This document shows positions 16,452 through 25,717 of a stretch of DNA of 64,000 nucleotides, one piece after another. The stretch comes from an uncultured bacterium (lineage in GTDB: Bacteria; Patescibacteriota; Minisyncoccia; Phycocordibacterales; UBA6065). Below the pieces are notes generated by a model, which searched no databases, was not told the DNA's origin, and was given only the letters and a program-made list of their open reading frames with translations. A program made the position numbers and the translations under genes. The DNA is taken from NCBI GenBank assembly GCA_966243015.1, contig CBIMES010000001.1, forward strand, positions 214,837-278,836, written 5' to 3'. Position 1 is the first letter of the stretch; the number at the start of each line of letters is the position of its first letter.

Positions 16452-17087
16452 CTAGAGAATGACCTCTTGCTTTCTTCCCAAGAGCGCGTTCTTGATGGTC
16501 TCGGCGTCTGAATACTCGAGTTCGGTGCCGGTGGAGAGTCCGCGGCCCAGGGTCGATACCTTGATGCCGTGTGCCTTCACGAGGGGTGCCACAAGACCTT
16601 CGACGTACTCGCGGGTGTGCTCTCCCTCTGTGTTGAGGGAGAGGGCAAGGATGATTTCCTTGAGCTCTCCCGCCCGCGCCTTGTGCTCGATAATTTCGAG
16701 GAGTTCCCGAGACCTGATTTTCGAGTCAGGGTCTTTCTCGATGAGGGAGAGGGCGTCTCCGAGCACAAAATAGAAGCCGTTGTAGACATGGCTTTTCTCG
16801 ATGGCGTCGAGATCGACGTCCTTGGCGACGACCATGAGCGCCGTCGTATCGCGGGTTGTGTCGCGACAGATAACGCAGAGGTCCGTGTCGACGCGCTTCT
16901 TGTCGAAGTAGCGATGGCAGGACGAGCACATGGACACGTGAGAGGCGAGATCGAGGATCTCGCGGGCGAGAGACGACCTGAGACTCTCGGGCGAGTTGAG
17001 GAGGAAGTAAACGAATCGGCGCGCCTGGCGCGGTCCGATGCCGGGGAACTTCTTGAAGATGTCGTGAAGGCGGTTGAGGCTGTCCAT
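16452..17087 (-). CDS. recR: recombination protein RecR
   Basis: N-terminal HhH (LNRLHDIFKKFPGIGPRQARRF), a C4 zinc finger (CSSCHRY…CVIC) and a Toprim domain. The internal Met is chosen as the start because a minus-strand extended -10 (TGcTATACT) sits 7 nt upstream. Confidence 0.9.
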   Translation of the reverse strand: MDSLNRLHDIFKKFPGIGPRQARRFVYFLLNSPESLRSSLAREILDLASHVSMCSSCHRYFDKKRVDTDLCVICRDTTRDTTALMVVAKDVDLDAIEKSHVYNGFYFVLGDALSLIEKDPDSKIRSRELLEIIEHKARAGELKEIILALSLNTEGEHTREYVEGLVAPLVKAHGIKVSTLGRGLSTGTELEYSDAETIKNALLGRKQEVIL

Positions 17088-17133
17088 GGCCACTAGTATA
17101 GCAAAACCAACCCTTACTTCGTATAATGGGAAC

Positions 17134-17940
17134 ATGCATCAGACTCGTCCCTCAAGGGGCTTCAACCTCATCGAGCTCCTCGTTGTCATCTCCATCATCG
17201 CGCTCCTCTCGAGCGTCGTGCTCGCGAGTTTGGGCACTGCACGAGAGCGTGCGAGAATCGCCGCTGCCCGCCAGTTTGGCTCTATGGTTGATCGCGTTGC
17301 GGGCGATCAGGCTGTTGGTATCTGGGATTTCGACGAATGTTCGGGTGCGACGGCCAATGATAGGTCTGGCAATGGCTACACAGGAACCCTGACGGGTTCG
17401 CCGTCATGGTCCTCCGACACACCTTCAGGTTCTGGCTGCTCCATACTCTTCAGCGGGGCAAATTGGGTCGCGCTCGCTAACAGTGCCTCGCTCGATGTCG
17501 GTCAAACCTTTACTATCTCCGCCTGGATTAAGCCTGACGCTCTCACGGCGGGCTGGCAGGATGTGCTTGCGGGTGGTATCAATGACGTGGGCTTTGGCTA
17601 CAATCCCACAAATGGGGGTGTCATGCGACTCACCAAGGTAAGCATCATTGATGCGACTCCGTCGCCGACAGTGGTTACGACGGGCGCTTGGCATCACGTC
17701 GCAGCAGTCTTCTCCTCGGGGTCTCTCACTTACTATCTTGACGGAAAGGAGGCGGGGAAATCGACGTTCGCCCAGACCTTTACATCTGGTCTCAAGCGCA
17801 TCGGTTCACGAGTATCGCTCTCAGGTTCGTTCGCCGGCCGCATTGATCAAGTCCGCGTCTTCACCAAGGACCTGACCGCGGCAGAGGTTAATCTTATATT
17901 CGCCTCGGAGAAAGCCTCGATTCATGTCGCCTCTAATTAA
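17134..17940 (+). CDS. type IV pilin-like protein with a C-terminal LamG/ConA-like domain
   Basis: N-terminus MHQTRPSRGFNLIELLVVISIIALLSSVVLASLG. The C-terminal region (…FTISAWIKPDA…AWHHVAAVFSSGSLTYYLDGKEAG…RIDQVRVFTKDLTAAEV) is LamG-like. TATAAT lies 6 nt upstream of the ATG. Confidence 0.8.
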   Translation: MHQTRPSRGFNLIELLVVISIIALLSSVVLASLGTARERARIAAARQFGSMVDRVAGDQAVGIWDFDECSGATANDRSGNGYTGTLTGSPSWSSDTPSGSGCSILFSGANWVALANSASLDVGQTFTISAWIKPDALTAGWQDVLAGGINDVGFGYNPTNGGVMRLTKVSIIDATPSPTVVTTGAWHHVAAVFSSGSLTYYLDGKEAGKSTFAQTFTSGLKRIGSRVSLSGSFAGRIDQVRVFTKDLTAAEVNLIFASEKASIHVASN

Positions 17941-17950
17941 TTTTGCTCTT

Positions 17951-18436
17951 ATGAAAACACGAAATCGCGGCTTCACCCTCATCGAGCTCCTTGTCGTCAT
18001 CTCCATCATCGCGCTCCTCTCGAGTGTCGTTCTCGCGAGCTTAAACGCCGCAAGGTCGAAGGCCAGGGACTCCGAGCGTCTCGCTGACGCCCGACAGCTG
18101 CGAAATGCCGTTGAGCTCTATCGCAACGACAGTGGTAGTTACCCAAGCACCTCGGGTAACTGGAGGGGGGTCTGCTCGAGCTTCGGTAGCCATGGCACGA
18201 CGGGATCAGGTGGCTATGTGCCGAATCTCGCCCCAACCTACATACCTGTTCTACCAACGGACCCAAAGCCGCTGGGGACGAACAATTGCTATCTCTACAG
18301 GTCGGACGGTATCGACTATATGATTCTCGTTTACGGGACAGTAGAGAACACGCCTATCAATCCCGCGCTTCTCCGGCCAAACTATCCAACGGAGCGTAAC
18401 TACGCCTTCTACAGTGAAGGGGCGAGGATGTGGTAG
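17951..18436 (+). CDS. type IV pilin-like protein (short, 162 aa)
   Basis: N-terminus MKTRNRGFTLIELLVVISIIALLSSVVLASLN. Paralogue of the gene at 12492..12998 with about 60% identity over the body. A terminator follows at ~18458-18500. Confidence 0.8.
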   Translation: MKTRNRGFTLIELLVVISIIALLSSVVLASLNAARSKARDSERLADARQLRNAVELYRNDSGSYPSTSGNWRGVCSSFGSHGTTGSGGYVPNLAPTYIPVLPTDPKPLGTNNCYLYRSDGIDYMILVYGTVENTPINPALLRPNYPTERNYAFYSEGARMW

Positions 18437-18634
18437 CCTGAGTCCTTCCAAATAAATAAAAAGGGCCCCGGACGCGCAAGCGCGTCCGGGGCTTTGTGTG
18501 AGGTGATGGTCGGGTGTCGGAATCCTCACGGCTGTCCTTGCTCCCTTCGTATTGTCGGGGTTTTACAAAGGAATGAAAGAGCAGGGCGTCAGCTCTTATA
18601 AGTATAGCAGAAAATATAGCCCAAGTCAAAAACG

Positions 18635-20014
18635 CTAGAACCCGCCGGCACCAAGGTTGAAGTCTCCGAAGTCGGCCTTCTCGGCCGAGAGGAAGGTTGA
18701 CTTGTCTGCGTCGAAGATGAGCTGGATTTCTCCGGTCGGTCCGTTTCGGTGCTTCTCGATGAGAATGGTGGTCTCGCGCGACCTGGCCTGCTCGCCGGAC
18801 TCGTCCTTCTCTCGGTGGATGAACATAACCACGTCGGCGTCCTGCTCGATGGATCCCGAGTCTCGGAGGTCGGAGAGTCGCGGCTTGCCTCCTCGGGTCT
18901 CCACGGCTCGCGAGAGCTGCGAGAGGGCGATGACGGGCACGTCGAGGTCTCGGGCGAGGTTCTTGAGGGAGCGGGAGATCTCGGTGACCTGCTGGACGAC
19001 GTTGTCTGTCTTCACGGACGACACGGGGGTCATGAGCTGGAGATAGTCCACGATGACGAGGCCGAGCGATTTCTCCGCCTTGAGGCGTCGCGCGATGGCG
19101 CGCATCTTGAGGATGTTGTTGCCCGGCTGGTCGTCGATATAGATAGGCGCCTTCGAGAGCTTGTCCATGGCGTCCCTGATGCGGGTGAAGTCATGCTCGA
19201 TGGAGAGACCCTTTCCGGTGCGGAGCTTCCAGGCGTCGACGCGGGCCTCCGCGGCGAGCATTCGGTCGACGAGCTGCTGCGAGGACATTTCGAGCGAGAA
19301 GATGCCGACGGGGATGTTGTGGTCGACCGCGGCCTTGCGGGCGAGGTCGAGGGCAAACGAGGTCTTTCCGACCGACGGTCGTGCGGCAAGGATGACGAGG
19401 TCTGACTTCTGGAATCCCGAGAGCTTGGCGTCGAGGGCGGGGAAGCCGGTCGGCACTCCGCGGATCTCGTCGCGGGTGTTGTGGAGACGGTCGAGTCGCT
19501 CCCATGCCTCGCCAAGGGTGTCCTTGATCTCAACAAACTTGTGGGTTCCGACGGAGTTTGTGACGTTGAAGAGCGTCTTCTCGGAGATGTCGATGATCTC
19601 CTCGAGCTCGCCCTCCTCCTGGAAGCTGATCTGGCTGATAGTCTCGCCGGCCTCGATGAGGCGTCGCATCATGCTCTTCTTTTGGACGATAGACGCATAG
19701 TGCCTGACGTTCGAGGCTGACGGCACGAGCTGGATGAGCTCGGATATGTACGAGGCGCCGCCGATGCGCTCGAGCTGGCCCTGGTCCTTGAGGCGGGCGG
19801 AGAGGGAAAGAAGGTCGATCGGCTCGGCCTTCTGCATCAGGGTGACGCAGGCGACCCAGATGATGCGATGCTTCTCGGAGTAGAAGTCCTCCTCCTTTAC
19901 GATGTCGGTGATCTCATGGATTGCCTCGGGACGAAGGCAGATTGATCCCAGGAGGGCCTGCTCGGCCTCGATGGACTGTGGTGGGACGCGAATGTGATCG
20001 CCGGTTCGTTTCAT
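18635..20014 (-). CDS. dnaB: replicative DNA helicase DnaB
   Basis: Has the N-terminal DnaB domain (PPQSIEAEQALLGS), Walker A (ARPSVGKTSFAL) and the RecA-like C-terminus. The internal Met (MKRTGDHIRVPP) is preferred over the upstream ORF start at 20143. Confidence 0.9.
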   Translation of the reverse strand: MKRTGDHIRVPPQSIEAEQALLGSICLRPEAIHEITDIVKEEDFYSEKHRIIWVACVTLMQKAEPIDLLSLSARLKDQGQLERIGGASYISELIQLVPSASNVRHYASIVQKKSMMRRLIEAGETISQISFQEEGELEEIIDISEKTLFNVTNSVGTHKFVEIKDTLGEAWERLDRLHNTRDEIRGVPTGFPALDAKLSGFQKSDLVILAARPSVGKTSFALDLARKAAVDHNIPVGIFSLEMSSQQLVDRMLAAEARVDAWKLRTGKGLSIEHDFTRIRDAMDKLSKAPIYIDDQPGNNILKMRAIARRLKAEKSLGLVIVDYLQLMTPVSSVKTDNVVQQVTEISRSLKNLARDLDVPVIALSQLSRAVETRGGKPRLSDLRDSGSIEQDADVVMFIHREKDESGEQARSRETTILIEKHRNGPTGEIQLIFDADKSTFLSAEKADFGDFNLGAGGF

Positions 20015-20134
20015 GGTGTGCCCATTGTATGTCATCAAGCGGACGTCAAGGAAGGGTAAAGGGAGGATAAAACTGGGGAGGGCATGTGGATAATTAATTT
20101 GATGCGGAAAAGCCGTGTTAATATCTACTATGAT

Positions 20135-23100
20135 ATGAAGCAAATAAAACGCGCGCTGGCGGGTCTTCTTGTTCTCGCAATGACCATCCCGCAGATTACT
20201 TTCTCACAGTCATCGGGAGAGACCCTTTACCTAAATGAGTTCGACGGCGCGGCGCCCGCCATATCGTATGCCTATGGTGAGGACTCGCCGTGGTACGACA
20301 CTACCTTCGGCTCCATCAGCGCCCAGGGCGGAATCCTGTCACTCTCGGGCATCACCGGCACGGATACGAGCGTCTTTTTCACCATTCCCGGGAGTGGCGA
20401 TGTCTTTCCGGGTGAAGTCAGCCCACTCGGGCTCATTGTTAGCGCACGGGTCAGGATCGTTTCCGATCTGCCTGACGTTGGCCTTACCCTTTTCACCGAC
20501 AATTGGCAGGGGGATAGCGCGTTTACCTCAGTCACGAATGAATGGGTGACCCTTGAGTTTAATGAGACGATTGATTTTACCGATTTTGGCTTTGAGCTGA
20601 GTTCTTACGACGGATCCTTCTCGCCGTCAGACACGATCGAGATCGACTGGGTCAAGGTTTCCAGCCCGGCCCTCGTACCAGGCGTCTATTTCAACGCGGC
20701 GTCTGACAATGACTGGTCAAACGTATCGAACTGGTGGGCAGACGCAGAGTTTACCGTCCCCGCAAACGTCCTTCCGGGTTCTGAGAGTGACGTCGTCATC
20801 TCTGGTCTCGTCTCGAGCGACAGCTCGGGCGCGGCAACCGTCAACTCGGCCGTATTCACGGACGGCTCGGAGCTGGTTGACATAACCCTTACCGCCGCCA
20901 CGACGACTTTCGAGGGGAGTGCCATCAACCGCGGTACCGTGGAAGGCAACGCCATATTTACTTCTGCCGAAGCGGGTACGCTCACTCTTGGGGACGGCAT
21001 GTACTGGGGGACTGTCAACGGATCCGTCTTTGGGTCGGACGACGCTCCTATAACCAGCTTTATCTTTAATGCGTCGAGCGTAAACGTCGGTACCGTTCCC
21101 GGCAATGCGACCTTCAACGCGGGCGCCCAGAATGACGGAACGGTGCAGGGCGACGCCCAGGTAAACTACCCCTTCGTCCTACCTCTTGGAGGAACTGTCG
21201 AGGGAAATGTCACGTACTCAGGCTACACAACCTATTATTACAACAACGCCGCCTCTGACGGAGACTGGGCAAATCTCGCGAATTGGTGGCTTGATTCGGG
21301 GCACACAACAAATCCGAGCGATTTGCCGGGAAATGAGAGCGACGTCTATATTCAGGCGAGCGTGTCTTCAAGCGGCGTTGGTCCCGTGGAAGTCGCCACC
21401 GCCACCTTCTCCTCGGGAGTAACCTGGGGCAGTGGCCTCTCGCTGACGGTTTCCGATGGGGCTGTGTTTAACGCCGCGCTTAATAGTGGATCGGTTACGG
21501 GATCGACCACGTTCAGCGGCAGCACGGCGAGGAACAATCTCGCGGGTTCCGTTACTGGAAACGTCACTTTCGACGATGGGTCTCGAAACTATGGATCGAT
21601 CACGGGCCCCGTTGTCTTTAACGGCGGTTCACGTCACGAGTTCGGCGCTCTTATCACGGGCAACGCCGTGTTCAACGACAGTTTGACTCAGTCGGGCTCA
21701 ACGATCGCGGGAGAGGCTGTCTTCAATAACAGCAATAACAGCGCAACCGTCGGTTCATCCACTTTCAACGGATCGAGCGCGAACCTTGGAGGAACGGTGT
21801 CGGGCGCCGTGTTCAATGATTCGAGCTACAACCAGCGCACCATCTCGGGCAACGCGGTGTTCAACGATTCGAGTTATAACAGCGGCGCGAGCATATATGT
21901 CGTCGTGACGGGAAACGCCACGTTCAACGGCAACTCGTATAACTCGGGAACGGTGCAGGGTAACGCTGAGTTCAATGATAGCTCTTCAAACGTTCTGCCC
22001 GCGAATCCTTCTCTGGGTCTCGTCGCTGGCGACGCGGTATTTAGGGACTCAAGCAGCAACACGGGTACGATACAGGGAAACGCTGACGTGTACTTCCCGG
22101 TCACCATGCCTCTCGGGGGAAGCGTCGGTGGCGCTTTGACCTATTACGACTACCCAGAAGGCGTGTATTTCAATAACGCGGCTGCTGACGGGGACTGGGC
22201 GAACATAGCCAACTGGTGGGCTGACGCCGGCTTCACCCAGCAGGCGGGATCCGTGCCAGGTGCGAACGCGGACGTCTTCGTGTCTGCTCCTGTTACGCAA
22301 AACACCGGCGACCCTGTCTCGGTCAACTCAATTCAGTTTTCCTCGGGGGCGTATAACGAGATCGAGGTTACGGTTGCCGACGGCGTGGTCTTTACCGGCG
22401 GTTCCTACAATAACGGCACGGTGAACGGGGCGGCCATTTTCGAGGATGGAAGCTACAATAGCAACACTGAGGGCGCCACGGTCAACGGTAGCGCGATTTT
22501 CCAGGGATCAGCCTATAACCAGGGCGTCATTACGGGTGATGCTATTTATGCATCTTCCACGGGTGGCACGTTGACCGTGCTGTCAGGCGGCGCCTGGAGC
22601 GGTTCTGTCGGCGGCACCGTGAGGGGCGGCGACGGCAACCCGATAACTGACTTCGTGTTCGAGGACGGGTCGTACAACAGCAGCGGCGTGACGGTTCCTG
22701 GCAACGCCACCTTCAGTGGATCGGCCTATAACTCTGGAACGGTGTCGGGCAATGCTACTTTCAACGGCTCGGCCTATAACGCCGGCGCCGTTCTTGGTGA
22801 CGCCACCTACTCATCCGCGTCAGGCGGCACGCTGACAATCTCTTCTGGGCTCTCCTGGACGGGCTCGGTTGGAGGGACGATCAGGGGCGGCGATAGCGAC
22901 CCTATAACCGACTTCGTCTTCGAGGACGGCTCGTATAACAGCTATGGTGTCACGGTTCCCGGTAACGCCACGTTCAACGGCTCGGCATACAACTCGGGAA
23001 CAACGACGGGTGACGCTGTCTTTAACGACAGTTCGTACAACTCTGGAACGGTGCAGGGTAACGCCATCTTCAATGGCTCTTCGTACAACTCAAATTTCTT

Positions 23101-25657
23101 CACTGTTGATGGTAACGCGACGTTCAACGACTCGTCTCATAACTCGGGTACCGTCATGGGCGACGCCGTCTTTAACGACAGCTCGTATAACGAGGGACTC
23201 GTGGAGGGTGACGCGACGTACTCCTGGGTCACGGGCACCTCTATCACGATCGAATCGGGCAACGCGTGGACAAGGACTGTCGCCGGCACCCTGAGAAATG
23301 TGAACGGCGATCCGGTGACACTCTTCATATTCGAAGACGGCTCGTATAACGATGGGGTAGTGTCTGGTGATGCCGTCTTTAACGGCACCGCGTACAACAA
23401 CGGAATCGTCACGGGTGACGCAACCTACGCTTCAACCACGGGAGGGGTGATGACGGTGACGGGCAGCTGGAACGGCAATGTGCTCGGCACGGTGAGGGGC
23501 GGCGATAACAATCCTATAAGCGACTTTGTCTTCGAGGACGGGTCGTACAACTTCGGAACGGCCCGGGGCAACGCGACGTTCAACGGGAATTCCTATAACA
23601 GGGGCACGACCACGGGCGACGCCATTTTCAACGACACCTCTTACAACTACTATGGTCACGTCGTCATGGGAGACGCCACCTTCAACGACGACTCGTTCAA
23701 CAGGGGAGCCATTCTCGGCGACGCGACCTATTCGTCCGCGTCGGGCGGCGTGATAACAATAAATTCGGGAATTTCCTGGATGGGTTCCGTGGCCGGAACT
23801 ATCAGGGGCGGCGACGGCAACCCGATAACCGACTTCGTGTTCGAGGACGGGTCGTATAATGCCGGAACTGTTTCGGGCGACGCGACCTTCAACGACGGCT
23901 CGTATAGCCAGGAAGGTGCGGTCGTCACGGGCAGCGCCACGTTCAACGGCTCGGCATACAACTCGGGAACGGTGCGGGGCGACGCGGTTTACGCCTCCTC
24001 GACTGAAGGCGTTATGAGGTTTGTTTCGGATGACGTGTATCTACAGGGTGTTGTTCAGGGGACGATCAGGGGCGGCGACGGTGTCGCGATAACCGACTTC
24101 GTCTTTGAGGATAACTCGCTGAATGCTGGCAATATAGTCGGAAACACTACTTTCGGCGGCAATTCGTCAAACCTGGGAACCACCACCGGTTCGACGGTCT
24201 TCAACGAGTCTTCTTCTAACGACAACGGGGGCGTCGTCTCGGGAGATATTTCCTTCAACGGGGAGGCCTCTAACAGAGGCAGGTTGATCGGCGATGCTGT
24301 CTTTAACGCGACCTCGACGAATCACGGCACGATAGTCGGAAACCCCGTCTTCAATGATTCGTCCTACGCCAGCGCAGGAGTTATACAGGGCAATGCCACT
24401 TTCAATGACAGCTCACATAACGCAGGGGATTCGACTGTCACGGGCGACGCCGTTTTCAACGACCAGGCTTTTAAACAGGGTACAGTGTCTGGCAATGCTA
24501 CCTTCTACGATGATTCCTTGCATCAGCATGGAACTATTGCAGGAAATGCCGTTTTCAACGGGCGATCATCAAACATCGCCACCGTCTCTGGCGACGCGAC
24601 CTTCAATGATGACTCTCGCAACGGTTCTGGCGGCACCGTCACGGGTGACGCTACCTTCAACAACGCCTCGATCGCTGCCACCGGATCCTTCGGCGACAGG
24701 GTTATCCGTCGCTTTACCATCGCAACGTCGACCGCTTTGAACTTCCTTACCGACGGTGGAAGGAATGACTGGGTAATCATCGCGGACGGTATCGTCCTGG
24801 ATCTGTCCGAAGCCACCTATAACGGAAGCAATGTGTTCCAGGCACGAAACGGCGGCTCCTTTGTCCCTGAGCTCAATCCGATTCTCGTCATCGCTCAGCC
24901 GAACTCATCAATCGTGACCTCGTGGTCGCCCCTGATATCGTGGGGTAACGCGTCGGTCTGTGAGTATTCGTTCTCAGGGGAGAACGCCTATGACGAGGTC
25001 GACTGTTCTCTTGCGGGAAGCGACATACCCGCTCCCGCCGACGGGTTGCGAACCCTGTTGGTCCGAGCGACAGGCGTCGAGGGAAACATAAACGAGAAGT
25101 CTTTCTCCTTTAGGTACTCTCCTCCGACCGCGCCCGTCTTTGCTTCGTCAAATCCGACGGTTCAGATGGGAACGAGTCTTTCCCGAAAGGTGGCGAACAT
25201 ACGAAGCCAGTCGGCGACAATTGTTTCGTCAGCCGTCGGAGTCTCCTTGGCCGGTCCAGGAAGCGTCGTCTCCTTCACGAAGTCTGTCCTCGAGCGCCTC
25301 ATCAACGTTCTTCGTGGACCATCGGCCGTGCCCGTTTCCATCGGCATTACTCCGGCGGGAATTGTGACCTCCTTCTCCCCGGCGGTCTTCCCTCCGGGCG
25401 AGAGGCTCTTGTCCTCGTGCCCTGACATGGTCACTGGTTCAGTCGGTCCTTGCGTGCAGTCCCTTCAGAAGTTTCTGAACTCTTCTGGATTTACCCTCGT
25501 GGAGGCTGGTCCAGGCTCGTCGGAGAATGAGACCACCTACTTCGGGCCTGCCACGCAGGCGGCACTGGTAAGGTTCCAGAAAGACAAGGGGATCTCTCCG
25601 GCCACCGGCCACTTTGGTTCAAAGACGAAGGCCTTCATATCGACCCTTGGACTCTGA
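20135..25657 (+). CDS. giant secreted repeat protein (~1840 aa): signal peptide, long array of 16-residue G(N/D)A(T/V)FN(G/D)S(S/A)YNxGxV beta-solenoid-like repeats nested in ~80-100-aa higher-order repeats, C-terminal peptidoglycan-binding (PG_binding_1-like) domain
   Basis: Signal peptide MKQIKRALAGLLVLAMTIPQITFSQ. There are hundreds of GNATFNGSAYNSGTV-type units and three copies of a ~60-aa YFNNAA(A/S)DGDWAN(I/L)ANWW module. The C-terminal …CVQSLQKFLNSSGFTLVEAGPGSSENETTYFGPATQAALVRFQKDKGI… fits the PG_binding_1 pattern. Confidence 0.75.
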   Translation: MKQIKRALAGLLVLAMTIPQITFSQSSGETLYLNEFDGAAPAISYAYGEDSPWYDTTFGSISAQGGILSLSGITGTDTSVFFTIPGSGDVFPGEVSPLGLIVSARVRIVSDLPDVGLTLFTDNWQGDSAFTSVTNEWVTLEFNETIDFTDFGFELSSYDGSFSPSDTIEIDWVKVSSPALVPGVYFNAASDNDWSNVSNWWADAEFTVPANVLPGSESDVVISGLVSSDSSGAATVNSAVFTDGSELVDITLTAATTTFEGSAINRGTVEGNAIFTSAEAGTLTLGDGMYWGTVNGSVFGSDDAPITSFIFNASSVNVGTVPGNATFNAGAQNDGTVQGDAQVNYPFVLPLGGTVEGNVTYSGYTTYYYNNAASDGDWANLANWWLDSGHTTNPSDLPGNESDVYIQASVSSSGVGPVEVATATFSSGVTWGSGLSLTVSDGAVFNAALNSGSVTGSTTFSGSTARNNLAGSVTGNVTFDDGSRNYGSITGPVVFNGGSRHEFGALITGNAVFNDSLTQSGSTIAGEAVFNNSNNSATVGSSTFNGSSANLGGTVSGAVFNDSSYNQRTISGNAVFNDSSYNSGASIYVVVTGNATFNGNSYNSGTVQGNAEFNDSSSNVLPANPSLGLVAGDAVFRDSSSNTGTIQGNADVYFPVTMPLGGSVGGALTYYDYPEGVYFNNAAADGDWANIANWWADAGFTQQAGSVPGANADVFVSAPVTQNTGDPVSVNSIQFSSGAYNEIEVTVADGVVFTGGSYNNGTVNGAAIFEDGSYNSNTEGATVNGSAIFQGSAYNQGVITGDAIYASSTGGTLTVLSGGAWSGSVGGTVRGGDGNPITDFVFEDGSYNSSGVTVPGNATFSGSAYNSGTVSGNATFNGSAYNAGAVLGDATYSSASGGTLTISSGLSWTGSVGGTIRGGDSDPITDFVFEDGSYNSYGVTVPGNATFNGSAYNSGTTTGDAVFNDSSYNSGTVQGNAIFNGSSYNSNFFTVDGNATFNDSSHNSGTVMGDAVFNDSSYNEGLVEGDATYSWVTGTSITIESGNAWTRTVAGTLRNVNGDPVTLFIFEDGSYNDGVVSGDAVFNGTAYNNGIVTGDATYASTTGGVMTVTGSWNGNVLGTVRGGDNNPISDFVFEDGSYNFGTARGNATFNGNSYNRGTTTGDAIFNDTSYNYYGHVVMGDATFNDDSFNRGAILGDATYSSASGGVITINSGISWMGSVAGTIRGGDGNPITDFVFEDGSYNAGTVSGDATFNDGSYSQEGAVVTGSATFNGSAYNSGTVRGDAVYASSTEGVMRFVSDDVYLQGVVQGTIRGGDGVAITDFVFEDNSLNAGNIVGNTTFGGNSSNLGTTTGSTVFNESSSNDNGGVVSGDISFNGEASNRGRLIGDAVFNATSTNHGTIVGNPVFNDSSYASAGVIQGNATFNDSSHNAGDSTVTGDAVFNDQAFKQGTVSGNATFYDDSLHQHGTIAGNAVFNGRSSNIATVSGDATFNDDSRNGSGGTVTGDATFNNASIAATGSFGDRVIRRFTIATSTALNFLTDGGRNDWVIIADGIVLDLSEATYNGSNVFQARNGGSFVPELNPILVIAQPNSSIVTSWSPLISWGNASVCEYSFSGENAYDEVDCSLAGSDIPAPADGLRTLLVRATGVEGNINEKSFSFRYSPPTAPVFASSNPTVQMGTSLSRKVANIRSQSATIVSSAVGVSLAGPGSVVSFTKSVLERLINVLRGPSAVPVSIGITPAGIVTSFSPAVFPPGERLLSSCPDMVTGSVGPCVQSLQKFLNSSGFTLVEAGPGSSENETTYFGPATQAALVRFQKDKGISPATGHFGSKTKAFISTLGL
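22560..24200 (+). repeat. tandem coding repeats (~240-300 nt period, 80-90% nucleotide identity) inside the giant gene
   Basis: Recurring DNA segments ggcggcgacggcaacccgataac(t/c)gacttcgt(g/c)ttcgaggacgg(g/c)tcgta(c/t)aac encode the repeated peptide RGGDGNPITDFVFEDGSYN, present at least 6 times. Confidence 0.6.
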
Positions 25658-25717
25658 TACATTTAGTTGCGGGAGCGCGGGTTGTGTATCGCGCAAACCT
25701 GCGCTAGGGTAGGGTCT

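Noticed and set aside
18251-18629. Two ~90-aa minus-strand ORFs between the pilin gene and dnaB
   Set aside because: They overlap the pilin terminator and the 3' end of the pilin gene. They have no start-site signals and aberrant composition. The region is better explained as the dnaB 3' flank plus terminator.
22560-24200. Possible CRISPR-like or other non-coding tandem repeat
   Set aside because: The repeats are in-frame protein-coding units of the giant gene, with periods of ~240-300 nt, imperfect 80-90% identity, and no spacer/repeat alternation. No CRISPR array was found anywhere in the window.
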